From an uncultured Aquificales bacterium (GTDB lineage: Bacteria; Thermosulfidibacterota; Thermosulfidibacteria; Thermosulfidibacterales; Thermosulfidibacteraceae): a DNA stretch of 64,000 nt. This document shows, one piece after another, positions 49,075 to 59,355 of this stretch. The first letter of the stretch is position 1. Each line of letters begins with the position of its first letter. The position numbers and the translations under genes were made by a program. The notes beneath the pieces were generated by a model. It saw only the letters and a program-made list of their open reading frames with translations. It did not search any database and was not told the origin of the DNA. Location: positions 1-64,000 of the forward strand of contig CAYVOC010000003.1 of assembly GCA_964453345.1 (NCBI GenBank), given 5' to 3'.

Positions 49075-49572
49075 CTATCTGAGGATGGCGTAGAGGGCAA
49101 GGAACCCTATGGTATTCACAGGCACCCTTACGAGAAGGGTGCTTGCAAGCAGGCTTTGATCGATTCCCCCCTTGGTCAAAAGAGAAGCTATGATGTATTT
49201 GATGGTGGTGTCGGCTGCAAAAAGCAGTATCGCCAGGGGTATCTGAAGGGTTACGTTGCCTATCTCAAACTTTCTGCCGAGAAGCTGAGCGGCTTCGGCG
49301 AGCATCAGCTTTGACAGGGCGTTGATGCCGAGAATGGTTCCGGTGAAGAGATCTTCGGCGAGTCCTCCGATCCAGGCCCATATCAGAAGCGGGCTTCCGG
49401 ACAACCCCAGCCGGAATATGATAAATGCCAGAAATATGCAGAAAACGTCTGCGTATCTGGCCACCCTCGCCGAGAAGAAGAGCAGGAATACCCTCAGACA
49501 CAGGAAAAAGATGAATATGCCTATGATCTGGAGGCCGTTATCTTTTTGCCTTTTTGATCTTCTTCTTGCCAA
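49075..49572 (-). CDS. mreD: Rod shape-determining protein MreD
   Basis: Hydrophobic; GL.EDLF....LG.NAL motif; downstream of mreC. Confidence 0.78.
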   Translation of the reverse strand: MARRRSKRQKDNGLQIIGIFIFFLCLRVFLLFFSARVARYADVFCIFLAFIIFRLGLSGSPLLIWAWIGGLAEDLFTGTILGINALSKLMLAEAAQLLGRKFEIGNVTLQIPLAILLFAADTTIKYIIASLLTKGGIDQSLLASTLLVRVPVNTIGFLALYAILR

Positions 49573-50356
49573 CGGGCATCTCCCCCATTACGAGAACGTA
49601 GTGGTTGTTCTCTATCCTGTCGGTTGGTATGGCCTGCACGTTCAAAAACTTTGATTCTATGCTTCTTTCAACCTTGACGATCTTTCCCACGAACAATCCT
49701 GGTGGAAAGACTCCGCCTATCCCGGTCGATACGATTAGATCTCCCAGCTTCACATCCATTGAGGGGGGGATGTAGTCAACAATCAGCATCCTGCCGTTTC
49801 CCCTGGCTATTCCCCTCACCTTTGATCTGTAGTCCTCAACGTGGATGGAGAATTCCGGATCGGTGGTTCCGGTTGCTATGCAGTGATCCCTGTATACCAC
49901 CCTCACCTGTCCCACTATGCCCCCTGCCCCCACCACGGCCATGCCCCTCTTTACGCCGTGTATTTTGCCTTTATCCAAGATGAACCTGTGCTGCCAGTAG
50001 TCCCCGGTCCATCCCACCACCCTTGCGGGTATGGATACAAGCCTGTAGTGCTTTTTTATTCCGAGAAGGGCCTTGAGCCTTTCGTTCTCCTCCTCAAGGG
50101 CCCTTAAAAGCGCCAGCTTCTGCTTTAGCTCCACCAGTTCTCCCTTTAATCTCTCATTCTCCTCAAGCGCCCGATAGGCCTCCACTATGGAGCTTATGGT
50201 TTTGCCTCCCGTTGCCTTCACCTGGCTGAAGAGCAGGGCTATCTGGGAGGATACCCTCTGGGGGGCTTCTCTTATGGTGTCTATCTTCAAACGGAAGCTT
50301 ATAAGGGCAAGGCTGATGAGGGCAAGGATTGTGAAGGAAAAGATCTCCCTCTTCAA
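49538..50356 (-). CDS. mreC: Rod shape-determining protein MreC
   Basis: TM, coiled coil ENERLK.LL, ARVVG, LDKG..HGV..GMAV, GD.IV.TG.GG.FP.GL.VG. Confidence 0.92.
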   Translation of the reverse strand: MKREIFSFTILALISLALISFRLKIDTIREAPQRVSSQIALLFSQVKATGGKTISSIVEAYRALEENERLKGELVELKQKLALLRALEEENERLKALLGIKKHYRLVSIPARVVGWTGDYWQHRFILDKGKIHGVKRGMAVVGAGGIVGQVRVVYRDHCIATGTTDPEFSIHVEDYRSKVRGIARGNGRMLIVDYIPPSMDVKLGDLIVSTGIGGVFPPGLFVGKIVKVERSIESKFLNVQAIPTDRIENNHYVLVMGEMPVGKKKIKKAKR

Positions 50357-51378
50357 GCTACGGATATCCTCTTGAGCAGGGGTAGATGCTCAAGAACCTT
50401 GCCGGCGCCCTCCACCACGCAGGTGAGGGGATCTTCAGCTATTATGACGGGAAGCTTGGTCTTTTCCGCTATGACCCTGTCGAGGCCGGGAAGTAGCGCT
50501 CCCCCACCTGCAAGCACGATGCCCCTTTCGGCAAGATCAGCGGAGAGCTCAGGCGGAGCCTTTTCAAGGGCCTCTTTGACGGCGCTCACGATCTTTGAAA
50601 CGGTATCGGTTATGGCTTCCCTTATCTCTGCGGAGGTTATCTTCACGGTTGCCGGTATCCCTTCTGTCAGGTTTCTGCCCTTGACCTCCACATAGCCCTC
50701 CCTGTCCGCATCCGGATGGGCGGAGGCGATCTCAAGCTTTATCTTTTCCGCGGTCTTCTCGCCGATTATAAGGTTGTGCTTTTTCTTGATATACTGGGCT
50801 ATCGCCTCGTCCAGTTCATCTCCCGCTATTCTCAGGGAGTAGCTGTAAACTATCCCGGACAGAGATATTATGGCTATCTCGGTGGTGCCGCCGCCTATGT
50901 CCACGATCATGTTTCCCACAGGCTCCTGAACCGGAAGCCCCGCTCCTATGGCCGCGGCCATGGGCTGTTCAATAAGGTAAACCTCCCGTGCGCCTGCCGA
51001 CAGAGCCGAATCTATCACCGCCTTCTTTTCCACCTGGGTTATGCCCGATGGGATGGCCACGACTATTCTGGGCCTGACAAAGGATTTCCTGTTGTGCACC
51101 TTCTTTATGAAATGGGCCAGCATGGCCTCGGTGACCTCAAAGTCGGTTATGACGCCGTCCCTTAAGGGCCTTATGGAAACAATGTTGCCGGGGGTTTTTC
51201 CCAGCATCCTTTTGGCCTCTTCTCCAACCGCAAGGATCGTGTTGGTGTCCTTGTCTATGGCCACAACGGAAGGCTCTCTTAAAACAATCCCCTTCCCCTT
51301 CACATAGACTAAGGTGTTGGCGGTTCCCAGATCAATGGCAAGATCCTTTGAAAAAAAGCCGAGGAATTTGTCCAGCAT
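50353..51378 (-). CDS. mreB: Rod shape-determining protein MreB
   Basis: [59 protein letters not shown]. Start MLDKF with GGAGG SD. Confidence 0.97.
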   Translation of the reverse strand: MLDKFLGFFSKDLAIDLGTANTLVYVKGKGIVLREPSVVAIDKDTNTILAVGEEAKRMLGKTPGNIVSIRPLRDGVITDFEVTEAMLAHFIKKVHNRKSFVRPRIVVAIPSGITQVEKKAVIDSALSAGAREVYLIEQPMAAAIGAGLPVQEPVGNMIVDIGGGTTEIAIISLSGIVYSYSLRIAGDELDEAIAQYIKKKHNLIIGEKTAEKIKLEIASAHPDADREGYVEVKGRNLTEGIPATVKITSAEIREAITDTVSKIVSAVKEALEKAPPELSADLAERGIVLAGGGALLPGLDRVIAEKTKLPVIIAEDPLTCVVEGAGKVLEHLPLLKRISVA

Positions 51379-51402
51379 GACCCCTCCTGCGTGCAGCATA
51401 AA

Positions 51403-51476
51403 TGCCCCCGGGGCGACTTGAACGCCCGACCTACGGCTCCGGAGGCCGTCGCTCTATCCAGCTGAGCTACGGGGGC
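51403..51476 (-). tRNA. tRNA-Arg (anticodon CCG), CCA not encoded
   Basis: Reverse complement GCCCCCGTAGCTCAGCTGGATAGAGCGACGGCCTCCGGAGCCGTAGGTCGGGCGTTCAAGTCGCCCCGGGGGCA folds as a cloverleaf with anticodon loop CTCCGGA. Confidence 0.95.
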
Positions 51477-51488
51477 TTGCCTTGCCAA

Positions 51489-51516
51489 AGTATAACCCGT
51501 TGACTTGAGGTGTCAA
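51489..51516 (-). promoter_or_regulatory. Sigma70 promoter for tRNA-Arg-mreBCD
   Basis: Minus strand TTGACA, 16 nt, TATACT, ending 12 nt upstream of the tRNA. Confidence 0.7.
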
Positions 51517-51558
51517 GAATGCTTGAAATTCTGTATCTTACTGCTGGAGGTGTTCCCC

Positions 51559-52737
51559 TTGAGGCTGGTTGTGAAGAGGAGGTTCGTCCAGCGAATAAGA
51601 GAGGGCTACCCGTGGATATACAGGGAGTGGGTTGAGAAGCTGGAGGAGGTTGAGCCTGGAGGTGTGTGCTCCGTTCACTCGCCAACGGGTAAATTCCTCG
51701 GCATGGCCTATGTGAATCCGGATTCCTACATTGTTGGGCGCATATACTCAAGGCGTCAGGAGCCCCTTGATAAAGATCTGGTGAAGAGAAGGCTTGAGAG
51801 GGCCATGGCCCTGAGGGACTCCCTTGACATAGACTCCTCCGCCTTCAGGATACTTTTCAGCGAGGCCGACGGGCTGCCCGGCCTCATAGTGGACTGGTAT
51901 TCGGGGGTGGTGGTCTTTCAAATCCTCACCCTCGGAATGGAGAGGATAAGGGATCAGGTGGTTGAGGCCATAAGGGAGTTCCTGAATCCGAGGGCCCTTG
52001 TGGAGAGGAGGGATGCTCCCGGAAGGCACCTCGAGGGACTTCCCGTTGAGAGGGCTGAGGTTTACTTCGGTTCCAAGTGGATAGAGCACGGCAGGGTCAG
52101 GATAGAGGAAAACGGGGTCAAGTTCTGGGTGGATCTCTTCCACGGCCATAAGACCGGACATTATCTGGATCAGAGGGAAAACAGAAAGGAGGTGGCGCAG
52201 CTTGCCAAGGGCAAGAAGGTTCTTGATTGTTTCTGCAACACCGGTGGTTTCGGGATAACCTGTGCGGTTTACGGGGCTGAAGAGGTTATCGGGATAGATC
52301 TGTCCGAGAAGGTGCTTGAGCTTGCAGAGGAGAACGCAAAGCTCAATCGGGTTGACGGCAAGGTCTTCTTTGTGAAGGGCAACGTCTTTGACGAGCTGAG
52401 AACCCTTGTCAGGAGGGGCAAGGAGTTTGACGTAGTGATCCTTGATCCTCCCTCCTTCACCAAATCCAGAAAGACCCTTGACAATGCGCTTAGGGGATAC
52501 AAGGACATAAACGTCAATGCGCTTAAGCTTGTCAAAAAGGGTGGTTTTCTGGTTACAGCCTCCTGTTCCCATCACGTCACCCTTGATCTCTTCATGGGGG
52601 TTGTGGAGGAGGCCCTGAGGGATGTGGGTAGGAATGCAAGGGTTGTTTCCATAAGGTTTCAGGCCAAGGATCATCCCGTTATCATGCAGATGCCGGAGTC
52701 CCTGTATCTTAAGCTGCTCATTCTGGAGGTGGACTGA
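51559..52737 (+). CDS. rlmI: RlmI/RlmK-family SAM-dependent rRNA methyltransferase
   Basis: PUA-like GYPWIY, FSEADGLPGLIVD, GHKTG.YLDQRENR, LD.FC.TGGF, VILDPPSF, ASCSHH. TTG start after GGAGGTG. Confidence 0.88.
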   Translation: MRLVVKRRFVQRIREGYPWIYREWVEKLEEVEPGGVCSVHSPTGKFLGMAYVNPDSYIVGRIYSRRQEPLDKDLVKRRLERAMALRDSLDIDSSAFRILFSEADGLPGLIVDWYSGVVVFQILTLGMERIRDQVVEAIREFLNPRALVERRDAPGRHLEGLPVERAEVYFGSKWIEHGRVRIEENGVKFWVDLFHGHKTGHYLDQRENRKEVAQLAKGKKVLDCFCNTGGFGITCAVYGAEEVIGIDLSEKVLELAEENAKLNRVDGKVFFVKGNVFDELRTLVRRGKEFDVVILDPPSFTKSRKTLDNALRGYKDINVNALKLVKKGGFLVTASCSHHVTLDLFMGVVEEALRDVGRNARVVSIRFQAKDHPVIMQMPESLYLKLLILEVD

Positions 52738-52738
52738 G

Positions 52739-53362
52739 GTGTTCACGGGTCTTGTGCAGAAACTTGGCAGATTGAAGTCTCTGACCCCTTATGGTTCGGG
52801 ATATAGACTTGATGTGGAGGTGGAGGAGCCCTGGGATGACCTTGAGATAGGAGAGAGCATAGCGGTAAACGGAGCGTGTCTCACCCTTGTGGAGGATAAA
52901 GGCAACATACTGAGCTTTGATGTTTCTCCTGAGACCCTTCGCAAAACAACCATGGGAAGTCTAAAGAAGGGTTCCCTTCTCAACCTTGAAAGGGCCTTGA
53001 GGTTGTCGGATAGGCTTGGCGGCCATTTGGTCCTCGGCCATGTGGATGGGGTTGGAAGCATCACCTTTATAAGAAACCTTTCCGGTTTCTACTCGCTTGG
53101 GGTAAGGGTTCCGGGTCATCTTTTGAGGTATGTGGCTGTTAAGGGATCCATAGCCGTTGATGGGATAAGTCTCACCGTTGCCGAAAAAAGCGGCGAGGTG
53201 ATAACCATAGCCGTAATTCCCCACACCTTTGAGAACACCAATCTTAGGGAAAGAAGGGTGGGGGATGCGGTCAACATAGAGGTGGATGTGATAGCAAGAT
53301 ACATTGAGGCTTTAATGGGCGCAGGAGAGGATAGGTTGAAGAAACTTCTGGAGGAGTGGTGA
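52739..53362 (+). CDS. ribE: Riboflavin synthase (alpha chain)
   Basis: MFTGLV, GESIAVNGACLT, NLERAL, GGH.V.GHVD, KGSIAVDGISLT, VNIEVD. Confidence 0.96.
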   Translation: MFTGLVQKLGRLKSLTPYGSGYRLDVEVEEPWDDLEIGESIAVNGACLTLVEDKGNILSFDVSPETLRKTTMGSLKKGSLLNLERALRLSDRLGGHLVLGHVDGVGSITFIRNLSGFYSLGVRVPGHLLRYVAVKGSIAVDGISLTVAEKSGEVITIAVIPHTFENTNLRERRVGDAVNIEVDVIARYIEALMGAGEDRLKKLLEEW

Positions 53363-54432
53363 TGGAGGGATGGCTTGAGGAGGTTCTTTCCAGAATTGAG
53401 CCGGTTCCCAAGGAATTGCTTGAGGAGGCCCAGAGAAGGCTTGATAACCTGACCAAGCCCAAGGGCAGCCTTGGAAGGCTTGAGGAGCTCGGCAAAAGGT
53501 TTGTCTCCATAAGGAGAAACCTTGACGAAAGGGTCAACAAGAAGGTGGTCTTTGTTTTTGCCTGTGATCACGGGGTTGTTGAGGAGGGAGTCAGCGCCTT
53601 TCCCAAGGAGGTGACCCAGCAGATGGTCGCCAACTTCCTCGCTGGAGGTGCCGGGATCAACGTGATTTCCAGGTTTGCAGGGGTCGATGTGAAGGTGGTG
53701 GATGTGGGGGTTGATGCGGATCTGTCTCACTTTGCCCATCGGGGCCTGATAATAAAGAAGGTGGGATACGGAACGGGCAACATAGCGAAGGGGCCCGCCA
53801 TGAGCAGGGAGCAGGCCATAGAATCACTAAGGGTGGGTTTTGAGCTTGCCGAGTCCGCCCTTGCCGAGGGGTATAATCTCTTTGCGGTGGGAGAGATGGG
53901 CATAGGAAACACAACCCCCTCAAGCGCCGTTTATGCCGTGATCACGGGAAGGCCCGTTGAGGAGGTTACGGGAAGGGGAACCGGTATTGATGATGAAGCG
54001 CTGAGAAGAAAAAGGGAGGTGGTCAAAAGGGCCATTGAAGTGAATAGGCCCGATCCCAAGGATCCCGTGGATGTGTTGGCAAAGGTTGGCGGCTTTGAAA
54101 TAGGGGCCATGGCGGGGGTTATGCTTGCAGGCGCTGCCTTGAAGGTTCCGGTGGTTGTTGACGGCTTCATATCAACGGCCTCGGCCCTCATTGCCACGTC
54201 TCTCAACAAGGATGTGGCCGATTATCTGATCTACGCCCACAGATCCAAGGCCTTCGGCCACAATGCGGCCCTTGAGTATCTGGGAGCGAGGCCCCTGCTC
54301 GATCTGGGCCTGAGGCTCGGGGAGGGAACGGGTGCCGCCATAGGCTGCTGGCTGGTTCAATTGGGAGAGAAGATACTGCACGAGATGGCCACCTTTGACG
54401 ACGCCGCCGTTGCTAAGGGTAAAGAGGTGTGA
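53362..54432 (+). CDS. cobT: Nicotinate-nucleotide--dimethylbenzimidazole phosphoribosyltransferase
   Basis: LTKPKGSLGRLE, DHGV..EGVSAFP.EVT.QM, GEMGIGNTT, GRGTG, GGFEI, LRLGEGTGA, MATF. Confidence 0.96.
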   Translation: MEGWLEEVLSRIEPVPKELLEEAQRRLDNLTKPKGSLGRLEELGKRFVSIRRNLDERVNKKVVFVFACDHGVVEEGVSAFPKEVTQQMVANFLAGGAGINVISRFAGVDVKVVDVGVDADLSHFAHRGLIIKKVGYGTGNIAKGPAMSREQAIESLRVGFELAESALAEGYNLFAVGEMGIGNTTPSSAVYAVITGRPVEEVTGRGTGIDDEALRRKREVVKRAIEVNRPDPKDPVDVLAKVGGFEIGAMAGVMLAGAALKVPVVVDGFISTASALIATSLNKDVADYLIYAHRSKAFGHNAALEYLGARPLLDLGLRLGEGTGAAIGCWLVQLGEKILHEMATFDDAAVAKGKEV

Positions 54433-55352
54433 TCTTCAGGCTTCCTGTTCTCTGCGCCGCCTTCGCCCTGGATCTTGTCATAGGGGATCCTTCCTATCCC
54501 CTTCATCCGGTCAGGCTTATAGGAAAGAGCATATCTCAAATTGAGAGGGTTATTTATCCCCTTGCCCCGGGATACTTGGGGGGATTCCTGCTCTTTGCAG
54601 TCTGCTCTGTTTTCTGGACGGCTGTTGGTTTTTTGCTTGCTCCCTTCTGGTGGGCGCACCTTTTCCTTCTCTACAGCTTTCTTGCCGAGGGGCAGCTCAT
54701 AAGAGAGGTGATTTCTGTCGCCCGGTCTTTGTCATGCGGGGAGCTGGATAGGGCGAGGTCCCTTCTCTCTTACCTTGTCACCAGGGACACAGGTTCCTTC
54801 GATGCTTCTGAGGTGTCCAGATGTGCCCTGGAGACCCTTGCCGAAAACACATCCGACGGCTTTTTCGGACCCGCCATTGCCTATTTAGTGGGAGGCCTGC
54901 CCCTGCTTCTGCTATACAAGGTGGTTGAGACCGGCGACTCAATGGTGGGTTACAAAACCGAACGCTACAGAAGGTTCGGCTTTTTCTTTGCAAGGGCTGA
55001 CGATCTTTTCAACTATATCCCTGCAAGGGTGTGCGCTCTGTTTCTGGCGCTTGCGGCGCCTATGCTGGGGGCAAGCCCCCTTTACGTTCTCAGACGGACC
55101 TTCCACATGGCTTCTCTGCACGAAAGCCCCAATGCAGGGTGGCCTGAGGCCGCCTTCGCCAGTATCCTGGGGATAAGATTCGGCGGAGTTTACGTCTATT
55201 TCAAAAGAAAAGTATTTAAAACGCCCCTGGGGGAAGATAAAACTCTTCCCCCAGATGTCGCTTCAATATACGCAGGCGCTCTCATAAGCCTGTGTTCCTG
55301 CATTTTGTTTACCCTGTCTTGTGCTGCATTTTTATGTATTTTTGCCGTTTAA
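54429..55352 (+). CDS. cbiB: Adenosylcobinamide-phosphate synthase CbiB/CobD
   Basis: D..IGDP....HPV..IG, LV.RDT, ETLAEN.SDG, D.MVGY, G...AR.DD..NYIPAR, H.SPNAGWPEAA. Confidence 0.93.
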   Translation: MIFRLPVLCAAFALDLVIGDPSYPLHPVRLIGKSISQIERVIYPLAPGYLGGFLLFAVCSVFWTAVGFLLAPFWWAHLFLLYSFLAEGQLIREVISVARSLSCGELDRARSLLSYLVTRDTGSFDASEVSRCALETLAENTSDGFFGPAIAYLVGGLPLLLLYKVVETGDSMVGYKTERYRRFGFFFARADDLFNYIPARVCALFLALAAPMLGASPLYVLRRTFHMASLHESPNAGWPEAAFASILGIRFGGVYVYFKRKVFKTPLGEDKTLPPDVASIYAGALISLCSCILFTLSCAAFLCIFAV

Positions 55353-55837
55353 TCCCTCCTCCAGAAGACCCGAACGAATTTTTCGCCTTCGTTATAGGAG
55401 AATTCAAGCTTCCCCTTGTGGGCCCTGTAGAGGGCTTCTCCAAGTCTGCGTGCAAGGGTGGGGTAGGTTACGTATATTGTTATGCCGTCCTCATCCTCTT
55501 CCGTCCACATTATGCGCTGCAGCGGCCTGAGGTTTTTGGCGTTTTCCTCCTCGTTTCTTATCAGGTTCATCAGCTCGTCCCTTCTCGCCTTGAAGTATTC
55601 TCCTTCAACTCTCACTATCCCTCCCGGATACTTGTCCTGGATCCTTCTGCAGGCGGGGCACAGCGCCTCGTTTACCCTTTCGGTTCCATCTATCTTATCC
55701 CAGGTCCACTTACCATCCTTGTAGCAGGCCTTGCACATGGGGCATACGGTTGGTTCCGGGTATTTTTTGAATTCGTAGTAGGGGTTTCCCGGATCCTGAG
55801 CCTCAAACTCCTTCCTCCATGCGCTGTAGTAGGTCAT
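55349..55837 (-). CDS. BCAM0308-family (NMD3-like zinc-ribbon) protein
   Basis: PY..K.YPEPTVCPMC.A.Y..G.W.W, LCPAC.RI.D.YP.G, PLQRIM, LARRLGEAL..A.KG.L, RV.W.R. Confidence 0.8.
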   Translation of the reverse strand: MTYYSAWRKEFEAQDPGNPYYEFKKYPEPTVCPMCKACYKDGKWTWDKIDGTERVNEALCPACRRIQDKYPGGIVRVEGEYFKARRDELMNLIRNEEENAKNLRPLQRIMWTEEDEDGITIYVTYPTLARRLGEALYRAHKGKLEFSYNEGEKFVRVFWRRD

Positions 55838-55864
55838 TCTTTTACCTCCCTTGGCTGTTTTCTG

Positions 55865-55892
55865 AGTATAAATTTAGGCCTTTTTCAGACAA
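55865..55892 (-). promoter_or_regulatory. Putative internal sigma70 promoter for the BCAM0308-like gene
   Basis: Minus strand TTGTCT, 16 nt, TATACT, then GGGAGG SD. Confidence 0.5.
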
Positions 55893-56631
55893 GTTCCATA
55901 ATTTTCATGCAGGTGAAGTGGTAGGCCACGTTTGCGTGAAAGATGATCACTCCCGATGTGGCGCCAAAGGAGGCGCTAAAGGGAATCCCTGCCATGCCGA
56001 GGATGATGGCTGGAATGACGGAGATTATCAGCGCTAATATGGTTATGAGGGTGATTCCCACAGATGGCTTCCACAGGCCGGGTTTGAGGGATAGCAGAAA
56101 GTATTTGGGCGTAAGCCCCTTCAGGGTCTCTTTCAGGGCGCTTGAGAAGTCGTTTTCTGTGAGGCCCTTTGCCATTGCCACGGTTGCGGTGAAAAAGAGG
56201 TTGAAGGCCACATAAAGGGCGAGCAGACAGACCAGGGCTATGTATATCGCTGTGTATTCGGCGGATTTTATCTGTTTAAGGATGACGGGTATCATGAGGA
56301 ACGCTGTAAATATGATTGATGCAAGGCCTATGGCGAAGGTGTTCACCATCATTCCTAAGTAGGCTCCGGCCACGGCGAGCTTGTGGGTCTCCTTTAGAAG
56401 TTCCCAGACGCCTTTTTCGGACAGCGCCCTTTTGACTCTTTCGGGGTCCTGGTTTTCCTTAACCACCTTTATCACCGATGCCATGAAGAGCAAAAGCACG
56501 TATCCGCTCAGCAGTCCGGATCCACCGAGGGGCGGCAGAAGCATGGAGCCGGATGTGATCAGAAACCAGAGAAACAGCACCAGATTCAGCCTCTGGTTTG
56601 CGGTTATGAGGGCCTTGAAAAGCTCAAACAT
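55885..56631 (-). CDS. Hypothetical polytopic membrane protein
   Basis: About 6 hydrophobic segments; overlaps the yihY stop. No family recognised. Confidence 0.75.
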   Translation of the reverse strand: MFELFKALITANQRLNLVLFLWFLITSGSMLLPPLGGSGLLSGYVLLLFMASVIKVVKENQDPERVKRALSEKGVWELLKETHKLAVAGAYLGMMVNTFAIGLASIIFTAFLMIPVILKQIKSAEYTAIYIALVCLLALYVAFNLFFTATVAMAKGLTENDFSSALKETLKGLTPKYFLLSLKPGLWKPSVGITLITILALIISVIPAIILGMAGIPFSASFGATSGVIIFHANVAYHFTCMKIMELV

Positions 56632-57946
56632 GTTCTATTTTCAGTCCCCTTCTGTTCAACGTTTCCTTCGCTGCCCCGAGGGCCTCTTCTGTGAGCCGTT
56701 CGGCGTATTTTTTCCCCTTTACTGTTCCGTATACCGCATCCAGAATCTCCGAGGGTTCAAGGACTTCGAGGGGCCTTGCGGGGAGGTATCCCCCGTTTTC
56801 GGTCCTTTTAAGAAGGTTCTTTTTCTCAAGTTCCTCTATTATTTCGTCTATCATGTATTGGGGGTATCCGGTGAGCTGGGATGCGAGTTCCGCCTTGAGC
56901 TCGGCTCCCCTTATGAACTGGATGTAGGCGAGCCTTGCTATCTCTATGGCCGCGGCGAGTTTAAGGGCGGGTTTGGGTTCAACTCCCGGTCTGTAGGTGC
57001 GCCAGTATTGTATCACGTAGGATGCCTGGGCGCCGCACAGAAATACAAGCCAGTCCCAGTATACCCATATCAGGAACAGGGGAATGGTTGCAAAGGACCC
57101 GTATATGGCGTTGTATCTTGTGATGCCTATCTGCAGCTTTATGTATAGGATCTGAACCAGAAGCCACCCGATACTTCCTATTATGCCCCCTGCGAGGGCG
57201 GCCGAGGTTTTGACCTTTGTGTTTGGAAGAAACTTGTAGAAGATCACGAATGTGGCAACCAGTATCAGCAGGGGCACTATCTTTATGAAGAGGGTGGTCA
57301 GCAGGGGGAAGGGAAGGTATCTGTCCACGAGGCTCAGGGTCCTTTTGATGTGGCTTGCGGCCAAGGTTCCCCAGGCCAGGTTTATGGAGATGGGCATGAT
57401 CACTGTCAGGGCTGTGTAGTCCAGTATTCTTCGTCCTAAGGGACGGGTTTTCTGGACCTTCCATATCTGGTTGAGCGCCTGTTCTATCTTTGTGAGGGCG
57501 GAAACAACCGCCCATATCAGTCCAAGGATGCCGACGATACCGAGGGTGGCGAAGTTGGTCCTTTCCACATAGACGAAGATTTTGTCCACGGCCTCCTTTA
57601 TGTGCTGGGTGAAGGGGCTTTTCTTCGGTTCCTGGGGATTGGTGGAGGTCATTTCGTCTAAGCGTTCTATGAGCTGGTATACGGTTCTCTTTACCTCCTT
57701 GCCGGCTCCGAGCCCCTTAAGCACAGCGGTGCTCAAGGCCAGCAGGGGAACCATGGAGAGGATGATGATGTAGGTGAGGGCGCTTGCCCTTAAGGTCAGA
57801 GCGTTCCTTCTAACCTCATGGTAGAAGAAGTAGCACATGCGAAGGAAATTTCTGATTCCCCTTTCCCAGAGAGAGGCATCCGGTTTCTCTTCCCACACCC
57901 ATCTGTCAAGGCTTAATGCCTTTTCCTTCAGCTTTTCCTTTTTCAT
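56624..57946 (-). CDS. YihY/virulence factor BrkB family membrane protein with C-terminal winged helix
   Basis: RASALTY...LS.VP.LA, IE.A.N.IW, Y.FLPN..V, YN.IYGSFA..P.FL.W.Y..W, GY.PAR. Real start MKKEK (57946), ATGA-coupled to mgtE. Confidence 0.9.
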   Translation of the reverse strand: MKKEKLKEKALSLDRWVWEEKPDASLWERGIRNFLRMCYFFYHEVRRNALTLRASALTYIIILSMVPLLALSTAVLKGLGAGKEVKRTVYQLIERLDEMTSTNPQEPKKSPFTQHIKEAVDKIFVYVERTNFATLGIVGILGLIWAVVSALTKIEQALNQIWKVQKTRPLGRRILDYTALTVIMPISINLAWGTLAASHIKRTLSLVDRYLPFPLLTTLFIKIVPLLILVATFVIFYKFLPNTKVKTSAALAGGIIGSIGWLLVQILYIKLQIGITRYNAIYGSFATIPLFLIWVYWDWLVFLCGAQASYVIQYWRTYRPGVEPKPALKLAAAIEIARLAYIQFIRGAELKAELASQLTGYPQYMIDEIIEELEKKNLLKRTENGGYLPARPLEVLEPSEILDAVYGTVKGKKYAERLTEEALGAAKETLNRRGLKIEHV

Positions 57947-59355
57947 TTCTTGAATTCGATGATGATGATGGTTGCAAGGGACAGGTAGATGAAGTTGGCA
58001 AGTATGTCGCTGAAGGTGGTTATGAAGGGACCCGATGGCAGGGCGGGATCTATGTTCAGCTTCTTGAATATGAGGGGGGTGAGGGTTCCAACCGTTGCGG
58101 TTATCACCATGGACGCGAGAATTGATAACCCTATGGTTACGCTCAAAAGGAGTTGTTTTTGCAACACATACACGAGCAGGGCTGCTATGGTCCCTGCTAT
58201 TATGCCCATTATGAATCCCACGCCTATCTGTCTTACCACAACCTTCCAGGGCCTTTCGGCCTCTATCCTCCCCGTGGCAAGGGAACGGACAACGATGGTC
58301 TGGGACTGGTTGCCCACATTTCCCGCCAAGGCCATTACCAGCGGGATGAAGAAGGATATGGAGACGAACTCCCTTATGGTGTCGTTGTAAAGGTGAATTA
58401 TGTATCCAGATATAAGTTCTCCTATGAGGCTGAAGCTGAGCCAGGGAAGCCTGTATAGGGCGATTTTGAAGAGGGACTTTTCCCATATCTCTTCGTCGGT
58501 GGTTCCCACCATCTTGTATATATCTTCAGTTGCCTCCTCCACAATGACGTCTATCACGTCGTCCGCTGTGACTATGCCCACAAGCTTCTTGTCCCTGTCC
58601 ACCACGGGGATTGCCAGAAGGTCATACCTTCTGACTATGCGCGCCACCTCCTCCTGATCCGTATCCACGGTGACGTATATTACATCCGGATTCATTATCT
58701 CTTTCAGCTTCTTGTGGGGATCGGACAGAAGAAGCTCCCTCAAAGACAGAACTCCCACCAGGTGGTTTCTTGAATCCACCACATACAGGTAAAACACTTC
58801 CTTGTTTCTTGACTCTCTGACCTTCTGTATGGCCTCTTCCACGGTCATGTCCTCGTGCAGGGCCACAAATTCCGTGGACATTATGCGCCCTGCGGTCTCC
58901 TCACTGTATTGGAGGAGCTTCCAGATCTCAGGGTGCTGCTCTTCAAGCAGGGGCAACAGCTTCTCCTGCTTTTCCTTGGGCAGGGCGTCTATTAAAAGAA
59001 TGGCATGATCCGAGGGCATGTATTTAATGAATTTTATAAGCTCTTCTGGGGAGAGTTCGTCCACTATCTCTGTGAAGGTCAGGGAATCCAGCTTGGGGAG
59101 TATGTTTGCCATCTGTTCGGGGGACAGGATCTCCAGAAGCTGCTTCCTTTCTTCCTTGCTCAAGTTTTTTAGAACATAGGCGAGATCCGCTGGATGCAAC
59201 TTTTCAAGCAGCTTTTTTATATGGGTCTGCGCCCTTTTGCGCAGAAACCTCCTTACGGTGGCAACTATGATCTTCTTGTTTTTGGAGGCTTGCTCTTCTA
59301 TTCTTTCCTCAGATAGTATCCCAGCTCTCTCAGGCTCCCGCTTTTGCGTCTCCAT
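57943..59355 (-). CDS. mgtE: Magnesium transporter MgtE
   Basis: [18 protein letters not shown] pair, EEATEDI, RLPWL, GNVGNQ, DPA..SGPFITT..D. Confidence 0.96.
   Translation of the reverse strand: METQKREPERAGILSEERIEEQASKNKKIIVATVRRFLRKRAQTHIKKLLEKLHPADLAYVLKNLSKEERKQLLEILSPEQMANILPKLDSLTFTEIVDELSPEELIKFIKYMPSDHAILLIDALPKEKQEKLLPLLEEQHPEIWKLLQYSEETAGRIMSTEFVALHEDMTVEEAIQKVRESRNKEVFYLYVVDSRNHLVGVLSLRELLLSDPHKKLKEIMNPDVIYVTVDTDQEEVARIVRRYDLLAIPVVDRDKKLVGIVTADDVIDVIVEEATEDIYKMVGTTDEEIWEKSLFKIALYRLPWLSFSLIGELISGYIIHLYNDTIREFVSISFFIPLVMALAGNVGNQSQTIVVRSLATGRIEAERPWKVVVRQIGVGFIMGIIAGTIAALLVYVLQKQLLLSVTIGLSILASMVITATVGTLTPLIFKKLNIDPALPSGPFITTFSDILANFIYLSLATIIIIEFKK

Noticed and set aside
52700-53362. 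FMN or cobalamin riboswitch near ribE/cobT
   Set aside because: The genes abut or overlap, leaving no intergenic space, and no conserved riboswitch motifs were seen.
57947-58486. 180-aa N-terminal extension of the YihY ORF in the track
   Set aside because: Lies wholly inside mgtE in another frame and reads as non-protein-like. ATG 57946 overlaps the mgtE stop in the usual ATGA coupling.
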